The notes under the pieces were generated by a model that had not been told where the DNA came from, did no database searches, and saw only the letters and a program-made list of their open reading frames with translations. A stretch of 64,000 nt of DNA, from NCBI GenBank assembly GCA_003971905.1, contig RSEE01000118.1, positions 62,001 to 126,000 of the forward strand, written 5' to 3'. Shown one piece after another: positions 51,574 through 62,388 of the stretch (position 1 is the stretch's first letter; each line of letters begins with the position of its first letter). The position numbers were made by a program, and so were the translations under genes. The DNA is from Moniliella sp. 'wahieum' (Eukaryota).

Positions 51574-52387
51574 TTACTTCTGGTAGCTCCAGACGTTGCG
51601 GAGCACTGGACAAGAGAGGCGTCAGTACACTCGTTCCGGCACGAAACCGAGTCCATGGTTCCAAGAGCAAAGATGTGACTTGGCGCCTGGCCCCTCGCCT
51701 GCCCTCTTCAGCACTGCACTCCATCGATCGCGCACCGCCACAAACGTGTACCACCACTTTGACACCCAAGCATCCATAGATACTAAAGGCCCGGGCTCTA
51801 AGGTGATGGCCATCAATATCCGCTCATAGCCAAAAGGCTGAATCCACCCCGACCCTGAAAGTTGCTCGAGGCAGTGGGCGGGGCAGACTGTCGGGAGCGT
51901 GTGCGGAGGGAGGGTGCTGTGACGGGCGAGATGGGGGAGGCGTCGTGCCAAACAAGGGGTCGCGAGCAGGCGAGTAACCAAGCACCAAGCACCAAGCACC
52001 AAGCACCAAGCACAAGCACCAAGCACCAAGCACCAAGCACCAAGCACCAAGCCCAAGCACCAAGCACCAAGCACAAGCACCAGCCCAAGCACCAAGCACC
52101 AAGCACCAAGCTTGGCCTCTCGCTCTCGGAGGAGAAAAGAATTCAAGAACAGTACGTACGGCCCCCGGGTGGCAAGACGTTGATGGAGTCATCGCTCTCG
52201 CCCGACTTGCGGACAAAGCCCGAGATGGCAAACACGGTCGAAGCGCCGGGATCGCACGGCCCTCCTCGTCCACGTCGGCAACGGCGATCTGGACCGAGGC
52301 GTGGTCCTTGGCCTGCAGGATGCGGCCGGTGGCAGCGCACTTGCGGGGCACGTACAGGTCCACGAGCTGGTGCTTGTCGTTCTCCAT
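51574..52387 (-). CDS. RPS21: 40S ribosomal protein S21 (exons 52387-52160 and 51605-51574)
   Basis: [48 protein letters not shown]. Donor GTACGT at 52159, branch TACTGAC, acceptor CAG at 51606, last exon [10 protein letters not shown]. Confidence 0.95.
51978..52111. repeat. (CCAAGCA)n heptamer minisatellite in RPS21 intron
   Basis: About 19 units, a few shortened to 5-6 nt. Ends in the palindrome CCAAGCTTGG. Confidence 0.95.
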
Positions 52388-52841
52388 GGTGTGTGGGCTG
52401 GGTAGTCGAGAAAGGGGCGGCGCGGGCGATCGAAGCCAGCTCAAAGCCAGGCGAGCCAACGGAGGCACCTAGTGGCTAGCGAGTGGGAGCACCACAGGCA
52501 TAGGGGCAGCCTACGACCTAACCCTGATGCCACTGCGGCACATTTTTTTCCAATTGGCGCTTTGCAATCTGTTCTCGCCTGCGAGCGTTGTGCGGACACA
52601 AAAGGTCAAACGTTCAATCCGCCCTGCCGAAGCGCGGAAGTATCCCACGAACGAAGGCTACTCAAATTTCACAAAGCCAGGCCTGGCGTTCCCCGCCTCG
52701 GACAGTCACATGTGATGCAACCAACGGGAAAACGCTCTTCCATTGTAATAGGGGTTGTTCATCCCAGCTTGGCCATGGTGGAGATGAAGGCGACGAGGAC
52801 GGATATATCCGACCAACATTGGGGCTTTGCATTGATTCGTA

Positions 52842-52935
52842 GCCCTGCTGTTGCAATGGTAGCATTCTTCGCTTCTAATAAGGTCCCATCTGATCTGCAA
52901 TGAAGCGGTTGTGGGTTCGAGTCCCCCGTGGGGCT
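52842..52935 (+). tRNA. tRNA-Arg(TCT), intron-containing
   Basis: Acceptor GCCCTGC/GTGGGGC, D-loop AATGGTA, anticodon arm CTTCG-CT TCT A[intron]A-TGAAG, T-arm GTGGG-TTCGAGT-CCCCC. Confidence 0.8.
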
Positions 52936-53070
52936 CGTTTGTTTTGCTCGTGGCGGGCAATAGTGCAGCGGAACAAGAGGGCGGAACAAGCGGGGGTTCT
53001 TACTCGACCCGCCTTGGCTTCGGCCAGGTGCTTGGTTGGCCCGAGGCCAGAGTGAGCCACGACCATCGCC

Positions 53071-53431
53071 ATGTCGGACCAAGTGGTGCAGAACTTTGCG
53101 GATGCGCCCGCGGGCGAGACGTGGACCTTTACCCGCTCCTCGCTCGAGAAGCACATGAAGTCCGTCTGTGTCGGTCTCCAGGCCGCGCGCCTGCCCAGCG
53201 ACCTGGTGCCCAAACCCACCCCCGCGTCAAGAAGGACGATGTGGAGTACCTGGTACGCGCTTGCCTTCTTTCCCTCCTGGTACACCCCCTGTTCCTGCAT
53301 CTGACTCCATCACCCCTTGCCTGCCAAAGCACAAGAACCTGCTCTTGCCCCCCCCGGCTGCGGAGGCGATTTTGGCCAAGCACCATGGCTCGTTGGAGGC
53401 GGCCGTGCGCGAGCTCTTGCTTCTCGCATGA
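53071..53431 (+). CDS. HYPK-like small protein with C-terminal UBA-like domain
   Basis: VKKDDVEYL|(intron)..LLLPPPAAEAILAKHHGSLEAAVRELL resembles the HYPK/NAC-type UBA pattern. Confidence 0.65.
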
Positions 53432-53991
53432 TGCCTGATCCATAGCCGCGCAAGGCGCGCATTGTAGCCTCTCTCGACCAGGCGGGGCCAAGTGGGATTG
53501 CTCGGATGTGCCGAGGATCCAATCGAGTCTGGACCAATTGACAGCTGTCTGCTTCGAAGCTTGCTGCCCAGCTAGCTTTGGGCCCCGGTTCAGGCGACGC
53601 CCTTCCCACCTTGGCCGACACTGCGCCAGGGACTCGCCTGGCCTGCTTATGATTATGACGATATCCCTCCAAACATGTGGGATGGAGTGTTGAATCGTGA
53701 AGGATGCCGATCCAAGGAGTCCAGGGTGATTGGAATTGGCAGACAGATCATTACACGCGAGATAGGACCCGAGCAGTAACGTTGAATATCCTTTTCCTGA
53801 AGGGAGGTAAACCACGATCTGGGACTTTCTACGATGGGAATACGCACACATGAACAGTTCGGCAACAGAGAGGCATAGCCATCCGCGTCCTCCAAATTGC
53901 AGAAGACAGGCCATTGTATAGATTACTCGTGGTCCACAAGACACCGACGATGCCACCACGCCGTGCCCTCTTTACATATTTGTCCTCCCGG

Positions 53992-55970
53992 TCACAACGA
54001 ATCGGCAACCAGCCGGCGCCACAAGGCCGCCACGAGCGGCACAGCGTCCTCGTCCAATGCCTGGTAGAAAACATCCGGTCAGTGTCAGGACCAAGTCATC
54101 AAGATTCGGGGAAGAACCAGTACCCGAACCAGAACCAGGACCAGGACCAGGACCATGAAGGTAAGGTAAGGGACCGAGGTAGGCAATCCCCAGTATCCAA
54201 ACAAAGAAAACACGTACCAGTTCCACCTCTGCCACCATTTCGATGCGGACGCCTGGGCCCTCATTTTCTCCAGCAGGGCCTCGACCAATTCCGGGACGGG
54301 TTCTTCCATCGCTTCGGTCACCTTTGCGTCAATCCACGCGCGGTATTCTTCCTGTCGCTCGGCCACGCGGGACCAGTTGGGGGTGTAGGTGCTGATTTCC
54401 TCCAAGGAAGTGGGCAGCGCAGCGCGTTGTTGTTCCAGCGCAGCCTGATCGACCGCAGTAGCCTCCTGCGCCATGGCGCCTGCGCCGGTAACCGCAGGAG
54501 CAGGGGACGGAATCGATGTCGGTTCCGCCGTCGTGGTGTCGTCCAAAGCGGGATGGTTCTTGGCCAAGGAAATGCGGATGGGTTGGTTGAGAGTTTGGGG
54601 CAAGAGGACGCCAGCGGCTCGTTGTTCTTCGGCCGATCGTTGCGCCTGCTCCTCTTGCTCTTTCTTCAGTTGCTCATCCTCTTGCCTCAACAGCTCGTCG
54701 TGTGCGCGCTCTTGGTCTCGCGACTGGGCGCGCGCTTCCCGCCACCGCGCGCGATCTGTGACAAACAGCTCGCTGGCTCCATCGTACGCAGCCATCTTTT
54801 GTTCTTGTCGCACCGCTGCCTGCTCCATTTTCTTGGCGCGCCACTCCTCATCCGCGTCCAGTTGCTTCCACCGAGCAATCCGACGCTCTTCGTGCTCCAG
54901 GTACCGTCGTTCAGCCTGGTCCGCGAATGAAGGTTAGTATCAGAGAAGAGAAGAATGGGAAGAAGGAGGCGGTGTGAATATAACATACGGCTTTGGCGTC
55001 GGCTCGCTTGGTCACCTCGGCTTGCTGCCGACGAAGTTCCTCGTCCACCTCGTCCCGCTCAATCGGATCGATTCCACTCTCCATGGGCGTACGGGAAGGC
55101 GATGCAGAGGCATCGTGACCGCGGGGAGGATAAGGGGAACGGTTGCCCCAGCCCAGAGAACCATGGCCGGACGGACGATCGGGGTAGCCGCCCGCACCCG
55201 CACCCGGGCCATACTGCTGCATCTGTCGCTTCTCGCGTTGTTCCCTCTGTTCGCGCGCCATTCTGTCGCGTTCCAGCGCAGCAGCCCGGACGGCGTCGGA
55301 ACGACGTTGTTCCTGCGCCTTGACCGCGGCCGTGTTGCGGAACGCGGCGATTTCGCCCAAAATCGACCCACGCATCTCATCCGGAATATGGGTCTTGTCC
55401 AGGTCCTGCAGATGACCCGGTGCGTCGTCCTGCACTGCCGTCGCAACCGGCGCAGACAAGCCTGGGTCCGCGGCGATCGGCGGCGGCGCATCGCCGCGCG
55501 TCATGGCGGCCACTAAGGAGTCCACACGCTCCGACGCGCCTGCATGCGCACCATCGTCCGCCTCTGCCGCCGCACCATCCGCCCCGGCTCGCCATTGGTC
55601 CATATAGGCAGTTTTTTGGCATCCGCCTTGACTGTCAGCGCTTTGCTCGGCCCCGCGCCGGGCGGGAGCGAGGGAAGTTGACGTCCGGCCAGAACGCGCA
55701 GCGCTTGGGCCACCGACGCCGGCTCGACGTACTCGACAAAGGCAAAGGCGGGGTTGGGCCGCTTGACGGATCGCACGGTGCCACAGGCCTGGAGAGAGAG
55801 GGCGGAGGTCAGCAGGAGGCGCTCGGGAGACAGGAGAAGGAGCTTACCTCAAACAGCGCGTGGAGCCAGGCCTCGTTGACGCCTTGGGAAATGGAACCAA
55901 CAAAAAGGGTGGTCGCCTGCTGCTGCGGGGCATATGTGCCAGGGCGAGGTGGGAGAGAGGGATCAGCCAT
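53992..55970 (-). CDS. SNU71: U1 snRNP-associated RRM plus PWI protein (Snu71/RBM25)
   Basis: MADPSLPPRPG..TTLFVGSISQGV..LFE|ACG..FAFVEY, ALTVKADAK, EIAAFR, charged middle region, PWI-like LPTSLEEI..NWS..RAWIDAKVTEAM..ELVE. Three introns. Confidence 0.85.
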
Positions 55971-56380
55971 TGAAACAAGAGGCGGACGAGGCGCTCAGGG
56001 CAAGGAAGGAAAACACAAGCCAAGGTGCCGGAACGGCGGATGGGATGGCCCGGCGGGATGTTGGTGTCAACTTTTCCTCCTGTTCAACGTTCACCCCCAG
56101 TTTAAAGCAATGGTTGCGATTCATAGTCTGCTTAGGTAACCACCGTACGCCCCGTTTCGTCTTGCTCTCCTTTGGCTCGCTTTGCTTGCACGTTGTTGGC
56201 ACTCCACCGGGCAGCTTTTCATTCTCGCCGGTGGCTGGGCAGGAGAGGGAGGAGAGCCTGGGCACATCTGGTGACAACATTATTTGTCTGGCTACCACAA
56301 GGGGGCCTGAGGTGGGGGCGTGGCAGCCAGCTGTTCAATGCAAAAAAAAGAGAAGTAACGTCCGGTGTGGGTTCAAAAAG

Positions 56381-56475
56381 TGACTTCGCCCGGGATCGAA
56401 CCGAGGACCTTATCCGTTAACTCAGGCACAGGGCCGCTGTTAAGGATACGTGATAACCAACTACACCACGATGCC
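56381..56475 (-). tRNA. tRNA-Val(AAC), 21-nt intron
   Basis: GGCATCGTGGTGTAGTTGGTTATCACGTATCC-TTAACA[intron]C-GGATAAGGTCCTCGGTTCGATCCCGGGCGAAGTCA followed by CTTTTT. Confidence 0.93.
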
Positions 56476-56917
56476 TTATGCGTAGGCTTGTACACGGTAC
56501 ATCCACACCATGTCTATAACGCCATGGGCGCCCGCTCTCGCCTTACCTACCCCAGAACCTCGATCCGACGCCAGGCAGATTCCACTCCATGGTGAGGCCA
56601 AGAAGCGACTCGAGTCTGGGCCGGACCGTAGGTTGGGTATCTGGTCACAGGTGAGGTGCAAAGCCAGTACTTGTGCCAGCTCAGTTCCAACCCCGACCGC
56701 CGACCTCGGCCTAGAATGCTCCCATGCGCTACCCTACAACAGACTTTTTTTGTATCGGAGGAACAGCTCGGCTACGATGAGACGACCAATCCGAATCGAG
56801 ATCGGGAAGTTGATCCTGAGCATACCATGGCTTGCCTCGAGGGGCCGAGCGCGTTTGCGCGGCCTTCGCTCTAAGCAAGGGGGCTACGAATGCGGGGGTG
56901 GTCTGCGTGGTTCCAAG

Positions 56918-58582
56918 TCAAGTCTGGGCGGCGCGGGCAGCTTCGAGGCGGCTGCGCAGGACGCGGTAGGTGGACCAGACAGCGTCACCTTCGACGTAGG
57001 TGCCCTTGAGCCAGCGTTTGGTCTCCCCTCGGCGGCTTGGGTCTGGTCCCAGTCGAACCCGGTGCGGGAGTGGAGCACACGGCGGTTGTCAAACACCACA
57101 CAGTCGCCCGGCTGCATTTGGTAGCGGAAGTGGAAGCGAGCGTCGTGGGTCAGGTCGGCAAAGTGCTGCAGCGCACGACGGAAGGCTGGGTCGTCGCTGC
57201 CGGTGGGCGTGCCGAGGCCCGGGAAGATTGGCAGGGCGCCTGGAACGGAGGCGAGTAGTTGATCGCGGCCAGACGCGGCATGGACCCGCTCGCAGGCGTG
57301 GTACTGCTGGAGCTGCCAGCCATACCGCCTTCGGGGTGGGCGAGCTCAAGAGTCGGATGCGCATAGCGGTAGTACCGGCCATCGTTCTGGTAGTGGAACG
57401 TGACGGGCACCTTGGTCAGCAGGTCAAAGTCGGTCGGCGAACGCTGGTACAGTTCCTGCGCCACCGCAAACCCATCCACAAACAGACTTTCCCCGCCATG
57501 CACCTCGTTCTTGAGCATGTGCAATAACTGGAACCGGGGCGGGTTGGCAAAGTAGCACAGGTCGGCATGGAAACCCAAATCAGCATTGGTGTAGGCAACG
57601 TTGAGCGAGTTGCGCACACTGCGCACGTCCCACAGATGCGTGCCGTAAAACGTCGCACGGATCTCACCCAACGTGCGCGCAACGTGGTACAGCATGGCTA
57701 CCTCCGACTCACTCGCTCCTGTCGACTTGCCTGTCGGCGCCGGGTTGGCCGGCACAGACGCCTTGGGCCCGACGGGAACGTTCTGGAAAAAGGCAAATCC
57801 ATCGTGCAGCAACGAGAAGACCAAGCGATAAAGCGCTTCCAGCCGTGCTACACCCTCGGGCGAGTCGGGTCGGGGACAGGGGATCATGGTAGAAGCATAT
57901 TCCTTGTCGAGATCAGGCGAGACGATGGTACGCCAGTCGGCAAAGAGGGGGCCCGCGGCAGGCGGAGAGGGGAGAGGAGCCGGGCGCCCGACACGGAGCG
58001 CATCCTTGGCTGGCCGGTTGTGGCCCAAGGATGCAGCGGTCCAAGGCTGGGCAAGCCCAAGCACGTCGCTGTGCCACGAGTCGTACGCTTCGGGGCTGGT
58101 GTGAGCGAGGAGCCAGGCCAGGGGGATACGAACCTGGCGTGGGGCGGCGGATGCGGAGGCGAGCGGAGGATGGTTGCAGAACTTGACGCTAAACTCATTC
58201 TGAGGCTGGACGGCCGGGTCAAAGGTCAGGAGCAGGTCGGAGCCCTCGACGCGGGGCACACTGGCCAGGGGTTGGTGTGTGGGTTGGCGCGGCGGGCAAG
58301 GGCGGCCCAGTTGTCGGAGCTGTGGAGGAACTTTTGCTTGTTGCTCACGTGCACGCTCTGCTCGCCCTGGTCCGAGTCGAGGAGCCAGGCAAAGGAGACA
58401 AGCGTGGCGGCGCGGCTGGGGGCGGAGACAAGGAGGCCGTCGGCGGTGGGGGCCAGCTCCAGCGACGCGCCCCCGGGCAGCGGCAGCTTGAAGGGGGAGG
58501 AGGCCGGGGCGGAGGCAAAGGAGCGGGCAGGAGCGGCGAGGAGGGGGCGCGGGAGGCGGGCAAGGCGGGGGAGGACAAACAT
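56918..58582 (-). CDS. Fe(II)/2-oxoglutarate dioxygenase, gamma-butyrobetaine/trimethyllysine hydroxylase-like (TauD superfamily), probably mitochondrial
   Basis: TFYG..WDVRSV..NVAYTNADLGFHADLCYF (HxD), GGESLFVDGF, INYSPPFQAP, PGDCVVFDNRRVLHSRTGF, RWLKGTY. Arg-rich, acid-free N-terminus. Confidence 0.9.
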
Positions 58583-58802
58583 GGGGCGGGGCGCGAGGGG
58601 GGGGGATGGAGGAGGCGGCGGGAGAGGAAGCTGGGTTTTGCCGTACCGCCCTAATACCTTCCTACCCTGCCGCGCCGACCCGCCGGCATGTGCGTGTGGG
58701 GCAAAAGACGCATGGGAGCAGAGCGCAACGATAGCCGGTCGCCGGACGCCCTGCCGGCCCGCTGGCGCGCTCGCATTCCGGCCAGAGTGCAAGACAGGCC
58801 GT

Positions 58803-58848
58803 GGGCGGAAGCGGTGCAATGGATGGGCGGAAGGACGGGCGGAAGGAC
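58803..58848. promoter_or_regulatory. Triple GGGCGGAAG motif in a divergent promoter (candidate zinc-cluster binding sites)
   Basis: GGGCGGAAG at 58803-58811, 58825-58833 and 58837-58845. The last two form a 12-bp tandem repeat GGGCGGAAGGAC. Confidence 0.45.
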
Positions 58849-59027
58849 GGGCGTCTGCTTCGCAAGGCGCGTGCGCATCTCCGAGCCATGTCCGGCTGAG
58901 CAGCGCCGAGGCTGCTGCGGGCGGGTGGCGGACATGGGGAGGCGCCACCGCCACCGGCCACCAGTCACCGGTGCTCCGCTGGGGGCCCCCGGCGCCACCA
59001 GCTATTAACTGCTGCCTTCTCCGCACA

Positions 59028-61880
59028 ATGTCCGATGCGTCCGCCATGCCATCGCCCCCGCCCCCGCCTCCTCTGCGCCGCCCCCGCCGCCGCCGCGCGC
59101 AGCTGGCCTGCGACTACTGCCGCGCAAGCAAGATCAAGTGCGTCCCACCGCCTTGCTCCTCCCGCCCCGCCCCGCTAACCCTCCCCCAGATGTGACCGCC
59201 AGGACCCCATCTGCTCCGCCTGTAAACTGCGCGACATCCCCCCGGACCAATGCGTCCGCACCGGCACCGTCACCATCCGCCGCAGCAAGCCCCGCCCCCC
59301 ACCCTCCGCTCCACCTCCCGACCCCGCCTCCACCTCCGCCTCCGCCTATCTTCCCACCACCTTGAGTCTCGCGGCGGGCTGGACGACCTGGCACGCGTGG
59401 CTGTCGCCACGTCCCAGTGGGGGCCCAGCTCGCTGTCTGCCACCTCCTTCTCTGATCCACGCCTGGCACCCTTGGGCCGTGCGCCGTCAGCGACGCCCGT
59501 TTTGCAAGGTGGCTCCGCCTCCTCCTCCTCCGCAACTGCCGCCAGTGCCGATCTTGCGGGTGGCGCGCGCCCCCTGGCGTCTGCGACGACCCTCGGCTCC
59601 GTCGCTTCTCCGCCTGCGGCCGAGGGCTCGCCTGCGGCCCTCATCGCCTCGGCGCTCAACCTCTTACCCCCGAGCAAGGAGCAGGCGGTCAACATGCTCG
59701 GCATTTACCAAAGCCACTTTTATCCCGTCAATCCCATCTACAACCACCGCACCATGTTCGCCCGCCTGGATACGCTCTACCGCCACGGCCTAGGGCTGTG
59801 TTTGGCCGACCAGCCCTTCTGGCTTGCCTACCTCGCTTGGATCTGCGCCGTGACGTCTACCGTCTACGACCTGTCTCCCCCCACGCGCCTGGCCATCTGG
59901 GGCATCGTCGACGATACCTCTGAAAACACTGGCGTCGCCCAGCGTCTCGCCCAGGCCGGCATTGATTGTTTCCATGCGTCCCAGGCGATGACCGACCGCG
60001 GTCCGGGCGGACTGTCGGCCGCAACTGTCTTGCTGCGGATCCAAGCCGGCTTGCTGATCGTCATTGGCTCCTCGTTGAGCGGGTGGCCGGCGGGCCATCC
60101 GGCGATTCTGGATGCGTGCGTGCGCGCAGCGCGGCAACAAGGGTTTGATCGGATGGGCAAGGTGTCGCAAGGTGCGCAGACGCTGGATCGGTACGAACAG
60201 GCGTCGGTGTGGTTGGCGCTGTGCGCGCAAGATTGGACCGCGGCGCCGTATGGCTCCTACACGCTCTACCCAGGCACGTTTACCACCGAGTGGGACGTCA
60301 AGTTGCAAGATGTGCTGTCGCCCGAGTATTTCGCGGCTCGCGTGCCCATGATGGAACAAGATGTGGATGCCGAGATGGTAGGGCGCATGTGCATCTGGCC
60401 GTATTACCTCGCTCTGGCGGACTTGACGCGCCAATTGTGTGATTTGGGCGTGCACGACGCCAAACGGCGGAGCCATCTGGCGTATGCGACAGTGATTGAG
60501 TACGACAAGAAAATCCAAGCCGAGGTGGATCGACGACCGGGATACCTTTGCATTGAAACCAAAAAAGCCGACCGATCGTCGTTGGAAAGGCAGATGCTTG
60601 ATCGTCTTCCGTTTCTGCTGTGTCAAGGGGCGTTGCTTCGTGTACGAGCCAAGTCGTTGCTTCTTTCTCTGCATATGCCGTATCTTCTGAACGGATATGG
60701 CAAGGCAAACAACACGACCTACCCTGTGCAACTGTACGGCCAGCAGGCGACCAATCTTGACACTGCCTATGACCAGTTTTTCCTCGAGGGCAAGGCGCCC
60801 GAATCGTTTTCAGTGTGGCGCTCGGTGACCAGTGCTCGGATGCTGATTTATGGCATGCAGCGCTGCTATACCCACGGGTTTAGTACGTCTCCTTTCTTGT
60901 TGTTCGCTTGTGCGATTGCCTATCTTCCTCTTCGCCAGGGAAAGAGACTAACGTGCTTGTGGTTGTGAACCAGACATGATCCGTTCTTGGGGGTATCGCC
61001 ATGCGTTGTTCAACAGTGGCCTGGTGTTCATCTTTGACTTGCTCTGGCGCACCTCGTGCCACATCTCGTTTCCTGTCATTGACTCGATCAGCCGTTCCTT
61101 CTCCAAATTTGGCAACAGCATCGACGACCAACTGGCCTTTTTGATTGATCTGCTGGACAATCTGAGTTACCGTCGTGGCCATGTTCGCAACACGCGCTGG
61201 CAGCTCGAGCTCGCTCCCCAAGCGCCACAGGAAGGCAGGGAGGCCGCACCCATCCGCCCGATGGAGCAGGACCCGCGCGCTGCTTCGCTCAACTTATCGG
61301 GCGAGCGATTGGAACGGCTGCTGGTCCTGGCCATGCGCCGGCATCGCCAGCATGGCGATGGCCAGGCCTCGGTCGAACCGTACATTGAACGCTACTCCTC
61401 CGATATGGTCGGCCACCTGTATGGCGGGGGCATGACGCAGGATGCTGGGGTTGTGACGGGGGTCTCGACTGCGTCGACAAGGGCTCAGCACCCCCTCGTT
61501 CCACTGACGCCAATGGCAATGGCAATGGCCGTGGTGGCGAGCCAGTAGGCGCAATGGCTGGCATCGCACCTTCCCCGTACCCCGTCTCGGCTGCCCAGGA
61601 GGCAGGTGCCACCGCGCGTCCCCCAGCACTTCCACCCCGGGGACACGCACGCCGTTGCGGATGCCGCGCTCCCCCACTTGCCGACCAAAGTGGTGTGCCG
61701 CTGGACCCAACTGCCGAGACGGAGGTGGACCCGCTGACGACTGCCTTCCTGAGCCGCTTGGTCCAGACCGCCGGGGACTCGTCGGGGTTGCCGATTGAAG
61801 CCATCTTGGCGGACCCGCTGTGGCTCAATCCGTTCGAACTGGGGCTTGTGCCTTCGACGACGCTGCCGAGCAGTCTGTAG
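59028..61880 (+). CDS. Zn(II)2Cys6 fungal transcription factor
   Basis: RRRRAQLACDYCRASKIK|(intron about 59138-59190)CDRQDPICSAC, followed by a middle-homology-like region (LLPPSKEQA, AARQQGFDR, VWLALCAQDW). 3' end approximate. Confidence 0.85.
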
Positions 61881-62127
61881 CGAGCTCATGGCCTCTGCTC
61901 GCCCAGCGCTTTGGTGGTTGATGTGCACGATATGATCCTAGTGCTCCCACACCCACACCAGGCGCATCGTCTTTGCGTTTTAACGATCCACGAGTTTAGA
62001 CCTTGGGCTCCTGAGTTCCGAGTCCCTAGACGGCGAATCTAACTGGACATCCATTCACTCATGTACACTTCCCCACACCAAGGGCTGGAAGGGCATTGAA
62101 AGAGCCTTATCCTTCATCAGGACAGAT

Positions 62128-62220
62128 GGCATCGTGGTGTAGTTGGTTATCACGTATCCTTAACAGTGGCCCTGTGCCGGTTAACGGATAAGGTCCTCGG
62201 TTCGATCCCGGGCGAAGTCA
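62128..62220 (+). tRNA. tRNA-Val(AAC), 19-nt intron
   Basis: Exons identical to the 56381-56475 copy. Followed by a CTTTTTT terminator. Confidence 0.93.
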
Positions 62221-62388
62221 CTTTTTTGGCCGGCAAAATGCATGTCGCGCAGCTAGCGATGTGCGTGGTTAGAAGAGGCCGCTGTCTAAGGCAATGATCG
62301 ATAGCCTGGAAGAACCTGTGTGCCCTGGTATGTTTGGCATTGCGATGGATTCAAGGCGTGGCGCCAGGTGTGGGATCGTTGACGAAGA

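Noticed and set aside
51850..51865. ACTTTCAGGGTC on the minus strand resembling the U3 snoRNA 5' region
   Set aside because: Only a short match. The other U3 boxes were not found.
51978..52111. Heptamer array as a CRISPR array, a telomeric repeat or the LVLGAWC repeat protein in the ORF track
   Set aside because: It has no spacers, is not TTAGGG-like, lies in eukaryotic DNA and sits inside a well-defined RPS21 intron.
57567..59195. Long ORFs antisense to or overlapping real genes (for example 57567..59195, 53914..54930, 24694..25665, 5859..7265)
   Set aside because: These are shadow ORFs expected in GC-rich coding DNA, where stop codons are scarce. Only short parts coincide with real exons.
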